Source: the human T2T-CHM13v2.0 reference genome, Homo sapiens. Taken from it: DNA of 64,000 nucleotides. Position 1 is the first letter of the stretch. The number at the start of each line of letters is the position of its first letter. This document shows positions 12,933 to 24,003 of the stretch, piece by piece. The translations under genes were made by a program, and so were the position numbers. The notes beneath the pieces are model-generated. The model was not told where the DNA came from and did no database searches. It saw only the letters and a list, made by a program, of their open reading frames with translations. The stretch lies in the NCBI RefSeq assembly GCF_009914755.1, contig NC_060935.1; one strand, written 5' to 3'.

Positions 12933-13926
12933 TCATGGCCCCAATCTGCTTCCCGACAGCTTCAGGGTTTCCTCAGGAAGCTGCCCTCCACCTTCATCCA
13001 CCTCAAGCATGTCCTGCAGAGCCCTCTGGAGAACCAGCTTGAGGGTCTTCCTGTTTTGAAGCTGCCTAAAGGAGCCCATGAAGAAGTAAATGATGGGGTT
13101 GGCACTGCTGTTAAGAGCAGACAGGAAAATGGAAATTAAACGAACAACACAAGGTAAGTCATCCAAATCCTTCTCGATCCAGTATAATAGGAATCACTGA
13201 ATGCTGAGGGGCAGGCTGCAGAAGAGGAAGACCAGCCCTGTGAGCAGGATGGTCACATACAGCCTGGTCAGCGGCATCTTCTGGGATCCACATATGATCC
13301 TGACAAGCAGGACCAGGGTGAACCCACAGAGAACCACAGATTAAAAAAATCAGCCACACAGCAGTGAGGAAATCTAATATTTGACACCAATTATCAGAGT
13401 CAACATCACTAAACAGGAAGCTACAGAACATCCACTCCAGGATGCTCTGCAACAGGGACAGGGCCCAGAGCAGGACACACATGACCGCTGACAGGTGTGT
13501 GGGGCAGTGGCAGCAGTACCAGATGGGCCACAGGACGGACAGGCGGTGCTCGGTGCTGATGGTGCTCAGCATGCTCAGGCCTGTAATACAGGTGGAGAAC
13601 AACACCGTGGTGACAAATCTAGAGAAATGGATGGAGAGAGAACTAACAAAGTCACTGAAGAAATTAATGAATGTTATAATCTGGAAGCAGGTGCAGAGGA
13701 AGTCAGCCCTGGCCAGGTTGAGGATGTAGAGAGAGAAGGTGTTACTGTGCATGCAGAAGCCCAGGAGCCAGAGCATGACTGCATTTCCTGCCAGCCCGAC
13801 CAGGTCAATGATGAGGATCAGCACTATGAGGACCAGGACCTCCATGCCACAACGATGAGGATGGGTCTCCTCTGTATCACTAATTGGTGCAATTTCTGTA
13901 TCCAAGGCTGGGATGGTTGGATTCAT
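12933..13926 (-). pseudogene. Unprocessed MRGPRX pseudogene with X2-like N-half (possibly the annotated MRGPRX6P; symbol not verified)
   Basis: 994 bp = 331 codons + 1. A 1-bp insertion at ~13340-13349 after WLIFL, and TGA at 13194-13196 (IQ*FLLYW) in the restored frame. C-terminal piece [16 protein letters not shown]...SGSRLGP lies at 12933-13166. Confidence 0.95.
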
Positions 13927-14024
13927 GCTCAGAAACCCTAGTCTGGTGCCCCTGGGAACACAAACAAGATGTGATCAGCAGCTGTATGATCTCTGATTCT
14001 CACTACCACCCTGCTACTTGGGAA

Positions 14025-14150
14025 GTACTGTCCCCATTTTACAGAGGAGAGAAACAAGCTCACAGAGAATAAGTAACCTATTAAAAGTTGAGGAGTCCTC
14101 AACTCCAGATTTAAACCCAGTTCTTGCTGGCTTTAAAGCCTGGGCTCTGT
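14025..14150 (-). mobile_element. MIR (paralogs at ~37495-37620 and ~60885-61010)
   Basis: MIR core ccccattttacagagga..aaac.agctcacagaga.taagtaac. Confidence 0.7.
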
Positions 14151-15699
14151 CTATTGCAAAACAGTTTTCTACTGACATGGGAATAACATTATGATTGAAA
14201 CACCTCCATTCAACCAGCGTGGACTGTGGACTGAAGCATTACTCTGTCCTGGGCCGGAAACTTTCTCTAAGGTGCAGGAATTCGGATAGACAAAGAGGTG
14301 GCTGTGACACCCTCATGATTTAGAGTGGTCCTCCATGGATGAAAATGAAGATCATGCATTGTGGACATGAGGAAAATGTGACATCTTGCTAGTACAAGTG
14401 TGATGATGGCTGGGCCTGGTGAGCTAGAAATGGCGCAGTGTGTCAGTCATTGACGATAGAAACCTTTTTATATCCCCAGTGCCTGGCTCCCTGTGCAGCA
14501 CACTGTGTTCTTCAGAAATATTCATTCAGTGAATGAATGCATGAATGAACAGCCGAATGGTAGTTTAGCTTTAAGTAAAATGGAGAATAAAAATGAAAAC
14601 ACAATTCAAGACATTAGAACACACACATATAATGAGATAATGAAAATCTCATTCATCAGAATTTTGTGGACAGCTCTGTCAAAAGGAATTACTGATATGT
14701 GACCAAGTACCTGAGGTTGACCACTAATGTGCCTTTGAAATGAGGCTCAATGTGGCTTTGCTGAGCATCTAGAAAATTTTTGTATGCAGTGTCGGGGTAG
14801 GGTGTGGATCTGAACTGAATTTCTCAGCAATATAGAAGAGGAAAGAATAAGTGAGGGTGAGATCGGAGTGCCACCGAAGGGGGACTTCTAAGTGTTCTGC
14901 TGGGTATACACAATGCAGACCCACTCGATTTTGTCACACAGAAGATTTTTGGTAGAGTTTTTTTGTTGATAGAAACAATGTTTGAGAGGAGTCCACAAGG
15001 GGAAATAGGAGTTCAGGGCTTGGAGCGTAAAGACAGATGTTGATGTAGATGTCAACTGGTGAAAGGGGGCTAGCTTATATCTTGGTTAAGATGCAAAGGA
15101 GCTGGAGGCCTCTAAGTGGAAAGAAGACACATCCTCCACTGGGAGTACAGAGGAGCATCAGGAGTGAATGCATCCATCATGAGCTCTCTTGGAGAGAAAA
15201 GCTGCCACAGTGTTGGTTGGCCTGAAAAGGAAATGGGAGGAAAACTAGAACCTCTGTTATCCACACTCAGGGTACTTAACAGTTTGACCATCTAAATTTA
15301 GGGTATAATATGTTCGTCTTCCTCATGAAACTTGAAGCCCCATAAAGACTAAGCCATGCCTGTTCTTGTTCACTGTAGTATCACCAACATTCAGCTTGTA
15401 TTCCTCAAAGACCATCTATTGTAATACCCTCATATAATACGCCAAGTAGCTGAGGCTTAAAGAATCAAAGGATTTTCCTGAGATTGCACCACGAAGAGCA
15501 GATCCAGCACAGCCCCTCATCCCTGGAGCCCTGCATGAGCATTCTCTATTGCTCTCTACCCCATCATTCATTATTTCTGAGGAGTTTCTGAAAAATCTTT
15601 GGGTGAGAACAGAATCTGCTAGATAATCAGGGGCTTTAGAATCTACTAGATTGCCCCAATATCTATTCTCCTTTTCAGTCATATCACTATTCTGGACTC

Positions 15700-16000
15700 G
15701 AAAAGCAGCACAAGGACCCACATCCCAGTTTTCTTTGATGCTGGATGACATCGTATGATCAGGTTCTGGTCAATGGGAGGTGAGCCAATGTGATGTAAGA
15801 AAGTTCTGGCTCACAGGATCAATAGAAGGAGCATAGCCTCCCCTTCCCCTCTAAATCTAAGTTCTTCTCCATAAGGCTGGAATGCTGATGTAACTGACAA
15901 CCATGTAATACCACAAGGATGAGGGCACCTCTCTAGACATTGGGGAGCAGCAATTTTTGGAGTCCTAATGCCTGATGCCTTGGAGCCTCCAACTCAGGTC
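15700..16000 (+). mobile_element. Old MaLR (MLT1J/K-like) LTR fragment
   Basis: atgatcaggttctggtcaatggga.gtgag..atgtgatgt; ggctggaatgctgatgt. Paralogs at ~39660-39945 and ~63060-63345. Confidence 0.5.
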
Positions 16001-16007
16001 TTAAATA

Positions 16008-16358
16008 CAGTCACTCCTGCGTATCAACAGGGGATTGGTTCTAGAACCCCTGCACACACAAAAATCTGCAGATGCTCAATTTTCTTATATAAAATGACAT
16101 AGTATTTGGATATAACATATGCACTTTCTCCTTTATACTTTAAATCATTAGTAGATCACTTATAATACCTAATAAAATATAAATGCTATGTAAATAATTG
16201 TTATACTGCTCATTTAGGAAATAATAAAAAGGAAAAAATAAGTCTGTACCTGTTCAGTACCTATACAATTCCTGCCATATGCTGCTCTTTTGGAATGTTT
16301 TCTATCTCTGGTTTGTTAAATTTGCAGATTCAGGACCTACTGACATGGAGGGACAACT
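16008..16358 (+). mobile_element. MER2 (TcMar-Tigger MITE)
   Basis: ta|cagtc...ggggattggttc..gaacccc...gatgctcaa...tataaaatg...ggagggacaact. Confidence 0.85.
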
Positions 16359-16659
16359 TTGTTTTCTTGTCTAAGATATTTCTACTTTGGGTCTCTATTA
16401 GAGAAACCAAACTTACACTCTAACCAAAAGAAATGTTTTCTCTTTTTGAAAATTACACTTCATTTCCTAGGCATTTTTGATGAATGCATATATTTCTCCA
16501 TAATACTGAAACTTGAACAAGAATTTTTAAACAGAAAAATAACTGTAATAGAGCTGAGATGAGACATGATTTAATGACGTTTAAATAAAGAAAACCTTAG
16601 GAAGGAGGAGGATATAGAAAGGTGGAAGGACAGTCCCATTTATTATGAGGATTTGCTTT

Positions 16660-17110
16660 CCAATCTTCTCTACCCTGTTTGACAACCAAAGAGGGTGGCT
16701 TCTATGTACCTCATCAGTGAGATTCTTTTCATTCTGGTGTCTGGTTGAACTGAGACACTGGGAGACACCAGCAGGAGACTGGAAAGCAGGAGGGGAGTCA
16801 TTTGAGATCTCCACCTGCTGGCTGTCTGCCTGTGTGGCTGTGTGTTTGTGATGCAGGGCTTCTCCACTTGCCTGGTCATCCTCTCCCAACCCTACAGCTA
16901 CAGCTATCGTTATGCTTTCAATGGTACCTGCTCCTTTCCTGTTCTTTTAAGCCTAGGGAAGAAAGTCATGCTCCACTATTGCTACTTAGGGTGCATCCCC
17001 AGGCATTGTCACTTTCCTTTAATGCTGCCCATCTTTGTAAATAGTCTCCTCATGAAACACTCCTCAATTATATTTCAGACCACCTATTCCTTCCTTAGAC
17101 CTTTCCTGAT
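16660..17110 (+). mobile_element. ERVL solo LTR, LTR33-like (paralog at ~40600-41490, split by MSTA)
   Basis: ctgcccatctttgtaaatagtctcctcatgaaacactcctcaatta resembles the LTR33 3' region. Confidence 0.55.
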
Positions 17111-17927
17111 AGGCAAAGAATAATGTTAAAAACTAAGTAAAAAGAGTAAACCTCCTTTTACAGCAGTTCAGCTGTTAGAAGTCATGCCTGCAAGTCCCCT
17201 TGCTCCTTAAATGAATGTAAGAGACAATATTGTCTCCATGACAGCAGATTGAATAAGTGGAATAAAGGGAGTGATGTGGAAAGGTGGATCAGAAGGGAGA
17301 AAGTTCTGCCTGGCTCCATTTGGAATTCACACAGTCTAGGCTGCCAGCACTCAGTTTCCAGAAGGAAGCTTCATGTCACCCGCCTTTTCCTGAAACAGGC
17401 TCATGACCCCCTGCATGTAGCTCCTTAAGGTGGAAACACAGGGATGTGAACTTATAGCAAAAAACATAACTTACTGTGGAAAGAAGAGAGTTCTTGGTAC
17501 ATACCCTTACCTTTCCTCCTTCTTCTGTCCAGAGTTGAAGAAGTGCTGCCTCTTGCTAAAGAGGTAGAGCCTTTCTGGGATTCAGTGACTTCAGAGGACC
17601 CTTTTGTGTTGTGTAATTTAGGAGATATCTAGAGGAGCTAGAATGAGAGCTGGTGACCAATCCAGGCTTATGAAGATACCGGGCAGCCTTGTGATTTCCT
17701 GTATGAAGAATGCAGACAAATCAGAGGCCAGAGCTGTTTGAGCTAAAATCCCTATCTGAGATGTTTCTTGGCCTCTGTCCCATTTTAAATACATCTCAGC
17801 CACTCCAATCTCATCCCATCTTGTTCAACTCTTTGTAATTAATTGTTGTTTTGAATCTTTATAATCAATTATAGGCCTAAGTATCAATATCAGGCAATGT
17901 GAACTTGTGCTGCGAGGCATTGTAGGT

Positions 17928-20900
17928 ACTCATCCTTTTTTACGGCTGCATAGTATTCCATGGTGTATATGTGTGATATTTTCTTTATCCAATCTATCAT
18001 TGATGGGCTTTTGGGTTGGTTCCAAGTCTTTGCTATTGTGAACAGTGCTGCAATAAACATATGTGTGCATGTGTCCTTATAGTAGAATGATTTATAATCC
18101 TTTGGGTATATATCCAGTAATGGGATTGATGGGTCAAATGGTATTTCTGGTTCTAGATCCTTGAGGAATCTGTCTTCCACAATGGTTGAACTAATTTACA
18201 CTCCCAACAGTGTAAAAGCATACCTATTTCTCCACATCCTCTCCAGTGTTTGTTGTTTCCTTTTTAATGATTGTCATCTTAACTGGCATGAGATGGTATC
18301 TCATTGTGGTTTTGATTTGTGTTTCTCTAATGACCAGTGATGATGAGCTTTCTTTCATATGTTTGTTGGCTGCATAAATGTCTTTTGAGAGGTGTCTGTT
18401 CATATCCTTCACCCACTTTTTGATGGGGTTGTTTGTTTTTTCTTGTAAATTTGTTGAAGTTCCTTGTAGATTCTGGATATTTGTCCTTTCTCAGATGTAT
18501 AGATTGCAAAAATTTTCTCCCATTCTGTAGGTTGACTGTTCACTCTGATGATAGTTTCTTTTACTGTGCAGAAGTTCTTTAGTGTAATTAGATCCCGTTT
18601 GTCAATGTTGGCTTTTGTTGCCATTGCGTTTGGTGTTTCAGTCATGAAGTCTTTGCCCATGCCTATGTCCTAAATGGTATTGTCTAGGTTTTCTTCCAGG
18701 GTTTTTACAGTTTTAATGTAAAAAGACTTATGTTTAAGTCTTTAATCCATCTTGAGTTAATTTTTGTATAAGATGTAAGGAAGGGGTCCAGTTTCTGTTT
18801 TCTGCATATGGATAGCCAGTTTTCCCAACATCATTTATTAAATAGGGAATCCTTTCTTCATTGCTTGTTTTTGTCAGGTTTGTCAAAGATCAGATGGTAG
18901 TAGATGTGTGGCATTATTTCTGAGGCCTCTGTTCTGTTCCATTGGTCTATATATCTGTTTTGGTACCAGTACCATGTTGTTTTGGTTACTGTAGCCTTAT
19001 AGTATAGTTTGAAGTCAGGTGGTGTGATGTCTCCAGCTTTGTTCTTTTTGCTTAGGATTGTCTTGGCTATACAGGTTCTTTTTTGTTTCCAAATGAAATT
19101 TAAAGGAATTTTTTTCTAATTCAGTGAAGAAAGTCAATGGTAGCTTGATGGGGATAGCATTGCATCTGTAAATTACTTTGGGCAGTATGGCCATTTTCAC
19201 AATATTGATTCTTCCTATCCATGAGCATGGAATGCTTTTCCATTTGTTTGTGTCCTCTCTTATTTCCTTAAGCAGTGGTTTGCAGTTCTCTTTGAAGAGT
19301 TCTCCTTGAAGGGAGAATGTACAAATTCTCCCTTGTACGTTGTATTCCTAGATATTTTATTCTCTTTGTGGAAATTGTGAATGGGAGTTCACTCATGATT
19401 TGGCTCTCTGTTTGTCTATTATTGATGTATAGGAATGCTTGTGATTTTTGCACATTGATCTTGTATCCTGAGATTTTGCTGAAGTTGCTTATCAGCTTAA
19501 GGAGATTTTGAGCTAAGACAATGGGATTTTTTAAGTATACAATCATGTCATCTGCAAACAAAGACAATTTGACTTTTCTTCTTCCTATTTGAATACACTT
19601 TTTGCCTTATTGCCCTGGACAGAACTTCCAATGCTATGCTGAATAGGAGAGGTGAGACAGGACATCTGTGTCTCGTGCTGGTTTTCAGAAAGAATGCTTC
19701 CATCTTTTGCCCATTCAGTATGATATTGGCTGTGGGTTTGTCATAAATAGCTCTTATTATTTTTTGATACATTCCATCAATACCTAGTTTATTGAGAGTT
19801 GCTAGCATGAAGGGGTGTTGAATTTTATCGAAGACATTCTCTCCATCTGTTGAGATAATCATGTAGTTTTTGTCATTGGTTATATTTATGTGATGGATTA
19901 CGTTTATTGATTTGGGAATGTTGAGTCAGCATTGCATCCCAGGGATGAAGCTGACTTGATTGTGGTGGATAAGGTTTTTCATGTGCTGCTGGATTCGATT
20001 TGCCAGTATTTTCTTGAGGATTTTCGCACTGATGTTCATCTGGGATATTGGCCTGAAATGTTCTTTTTTTGTTGTGTCTCTGCCAGGTTTTGGTATCAGG
20101 ATGATGCTGGCCTCATGAAATGAGTTAGGGAGGATTCCCTCTTTTTCTCTTGTTTGGAATAGTTTCAGAAGGAATGGTACCAACTCCTCTTTGTACCTCT
20201 GGTAGAATTCAGCTGTGAATCTGTCTGGTCCTGAGCTTTTTTGGTTGGTAGGCTGTTAATTACTGCCTGAATTTCAGAACTTGTCATTGGTCTATTCAGA
20301 GATTTGACTTCTTCCTGGTTTAGTCTTGGGAGGGTGTATGTGTCCAAGAATTTATCAATTTCTTTTAGATTTTCTAGTCTATTTTCATAGTGGTGTTTTT
20401 AGTATTATCTGATGGTAGTTTGTATTTCTGTGGGATCGGTGGTAATACCCCTTTTTCATTTTTTATTTTGTCTATTTGATTCTTCTCTTTTTTCTTCTTT
20501 ATTAGTCCAACTAGTGGTCTGTCTATTTTGGTAATCATTTCAAAAAAACACCTCCTGGATTCATTGATTTTCTGAAGGGTTTTTTGTGTCTCGATCTCCT
20601 TCAGTTCTGCTCTGATCTTATTTTTTTTTTTGTCTTCTGCCAGCTTTTGAATTTGTTTGATCTTGCTTCTCTAGTTCTTTTAACTGTGATGTTAGGGTGT
20701 TGATTTTAGATCTTTCCTGCTTTCTCCTGTGGGCATTTAGTGGTATACATTTTCCTCTAAACACGGCTTTAGCTGTGACCCAGAGATTCTGGTACATTGT
20801 GTCTTTGTTCTCATTGTTTTCAAAGAACTTATTTATATGTGCCTTAATTTTGTTATTTACCCAGTAGTCATTCAGGAGCAGGTTGTTCAGTTTCCATGTA

Positions 20901-23900
20901 GTTGTGGGGTTTTGAGTGAGTTTTTTAATCCTGAGTTCTAATTTGATTGCACTGTGGTCTGAGAGACTGTTATTATTTCTGTTCTTTTGCATTTGCTAAG
21001 GATTGTTTTACTTCCAATTATTTGGTTAATTTTAGAACAAGTGTGTTTTGGTGCTGGGAAGAATGTATATTCTGTTGATTTGTAATGGAGAGTTCTGCAG
21101 ATGTCTATTAGGTCCACTTGGGACAGAGGTGAGTTCAAGTCCTGAATATTCTTGTTAATTTTCTTTCTCGTTGATCTGTCTAATATTGACAGTGGGGTGT
21201 TAAAGTCTCCCACTATTATTGTGTGGAAATCTAAGTCTCTTTGTAGGTCTCTAAGAACTTGCTTTATGAATCTGGGTGCTCCTGTGTTGGGTGCATATAT
21301 ATTTAGGATAGTTATCTCTTTTTGTTGCACTCATCCTTTTACCATTAGGTATTGCCCTTCTTTGTCTTTTTTGATCTTTGTTGGTTGAAAGTCTGTTTTA
21401 TCAGAGACTAGAATTGCAACCCCTGCTTTTTTTTTTTTTTTTTCCATTTGCTTGGTAAATCTTTCTTTATCCCTTTTTTTTGAGCCTATGTGTGTCTTTG
21501 CACGTGAGATGGGTCTCCTGAACACAGTACACCTATGGGTCTGGGTTCTTTAGCTAACTTGCCAGTCTGTGTCTTTTAGTTGGGGTATTTAGCCCATTTA
21601 CATTTAAGGTTAATATTGTTATGTGTGAATTTGATCCTGTTATTATGATGCTGGCTGGTTATTTTGCCCATAGTTGATGCAGTTTCTTCATAGTGTCAAT
21701 GGTCTTTACAATTTGGTATGTTTTTGCGGTGGCTGGTACCAGTCGTTCCTTTCCATATTTAGTGCTTCCTTTAGGAGCTCTTGTAAGGCAGGCCTGGTTG
21801 TAACAAAATCTCTCAGCAAGCATTTGCTTGTCTGTAAAGGATTTTATTTCTTTTTCGCTTATGAAGCTTAGTTTGGCTGGATATGAAATTCTGGATTGAA
21901 AATTCTTTTCTTAAGAATGTTGAATATTGGCCCCCACTCTCTTCTGGCTTGTAGGGTTTCTGCAGAGAGATCTACTGTTAGTCTGATGGACTTCCCTTTG
22001 TGGATAACCCTACCTTTGTCTCTGGCTGCCCTTAACATTTTTTCCTTCATTTCAACCTTGGTGAATCTGACAATTATGTGTCTTGGAGTTGCTCTTCTCG
22101 AGGAGTATCTTTGTGGTGTTCTCTGTATTTCCTGAATTTGAATGTTGGCCTGTCTTGCTAGGTTGGGGAAGTTCTCCTGGATAATATCCTGAAGAGTGTT
22201 TTCCAACTTGGTTCCATTCTCCCTGTCACTTTCAGGTACACCAATCAAATGTCGGTTTGGTCTTTTCACATAGTCCTATATTTCTTGGAGGCTTTGTTCA
22301 TTCCTTTTTATCCTTTTTTCTCTAATCTTGTCTTCATGCTTTATTTCATAAAATTGATCTTCAATCTCTGATATCCTTTCTTTTGCTTGATCAATTCAGC
22401 TATTGATACTTGTGTATGCTTCACGAAGTTCTCCTGCTGTGTTTTTCAGCTCCATCAGTTCATTTATGTTCTTCTCTAAACTGGTTATTCTAGTTAGCAA
22501 TTCCTCTAACTTTTTTTTTCTTTCAAAGTTCTTAGCTTCCTTGCATTGGGTTAGAACATGCTCCTTTAGCTCAGAGGAGTTTATTACCCACCTTCTGAAG
22601 CCTACTTCTGCCAATTCGTCAAACTCATTGTCCAGTTTTGTTCCCTTGCTGGCGAGGAGTTGTGATCCTTTGGAGGCAAAGACGTGTTCTGGATTTTGGA
22701 ATTTTCAGCGTTTTTGCACTGGTTTTTCCTCATCTTCATGGATTGATCTACCTTTGGTCTTTGATGTTGGTGATCTTCAGATGGGGTTTCTGTGTGGACA
22801 TCCTTTTTGTTGATGTTGATGTGATTTATTTCTGTAGTTTAGTTTTTCTTCTAACAGTCAGGCCCCTCTACTGCAGGTCTGCTGTAGTTTGCTGGAGGTC
22901 CACTCCAGAGCCTGTTTTCCTGGGTATCACCAGTGGAGGCTGCAGAATAGAAAAGATTGCTGTCTGTTCCTTCCTCTGGAAGCTTCTTCCCAAAAAAGTA
23001 CCCACTAGATGCCATCCAGAACTCTCTTTATGAGGTGTCTGTCTACCGCTGCTGGGAGGTGTCTCTCAGTCAGGAGGCACAGGAGTCAGGGGTCCACTTG
23101 AGGAGGCAGTCTGTCCCTTAGCAGAGCTCGAGTGCTGTGCAGTGAGATCTGCTGATCTCTTCAGAGCCGGCAGGCAGGAGCGTTTAAGTCTACTGAAGCA
23201 ATGCCCACAGCCACCCCTTTCCACAGGTGCTCTGTCCCAGGGAGATGGGAATTTTATCTATAAGCCCCTGACTGTGGCTGCTGCCTTTCTTTCAGAGATG
23301 CCCTTCTGAGAGAGGAGGAATCTAGAGAGGCAGTTTTGCTACAGTGGGTGTGCTGAGCTGTGGTGGGCTCTACCCAGTCAGAACTTCCAGGTGGCTTTGT
23401 TTACACTGTGAAGGGAAAACCACCTACTCAAGACCCAGTAATGGTGGATGCTAGTGGATCTTAGCTTGCTGGGCTCCATGGGGGTGGTATCCACTGAGCT
23501 AGACCACCTGGCTCCCTGGCTTCAGCCCCCTTCTCAGGGGAGTGAATGCTTCTGCCTCACTAGCATTCCAGACGCCACTAGGGTACAAAAAAAACCTCCT
23601 GAAGCTAGCTCAGTTTCTGCCTAAATGGCCGCCCAGTTTTGTGCTCGAAACCCAGGGACCCGGTGGTGTAGGCACCCAAGTGAATCTCCTGGTCTGCAGG
23701 TTGCAAAGACTGTGGGAAAAGCATAGTATCTGGGCTGAGAGCACTGTTCCTCATGGCATGGTCCCTCATGGCTTCCCTTGGCTAGGGGATGGATTTCCCT
23801 CACCCCTTGTGCTTCCAGGGTGTGGTGACACCCCACCCTGCTTTGGCTTGTCCTCCATGACCTGCACCCGCTGTCTAACAAGTGCCAGTGAGATGATCCA

Positions 23901-24003
23901 GGTACCTCAGTTGGAAAGGCAGAAATCGCTTGCCTTCTGCATTGATCTTGCTGGGAACTGCAGACTGGAGCTGTTCCTATTTGTCCATCTTGCCAGCCAC
24001 CCC
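17928..24003 (-). mobile_element. L1PA7/8-type element, complete 5' end, 3' UTR and poly(A) missing
   Basis: 5' end GGGGTGGCTGGCAAGATGG at 24003. Broken ORF1 (21868-22614) and ORF2 EN/RT fragments in the ORF track. Ends abruptly at actcatcc (17928). Confidence 0.93.

Larger units (their letters stand above)
2260..17830. repeat. Tandem duplication unit A
   Basis: Collinear with 43860-64000 and 29600-42175 (e.g. 10290 vs 33806 vs 57242; 14400 vs 37870 vs 61260). More diverged from B and C than they are from each other. Confidence 0.9.

Noticed and set aside
13442-13941. Plus-strand ORFs of 95 and 148 aa (also 37150-37443 and 60084-60266)
   Set aside because: These are antisense shadows of GC-rich GPCR coding sequence, and the frames are not preserved across the three paralogs.
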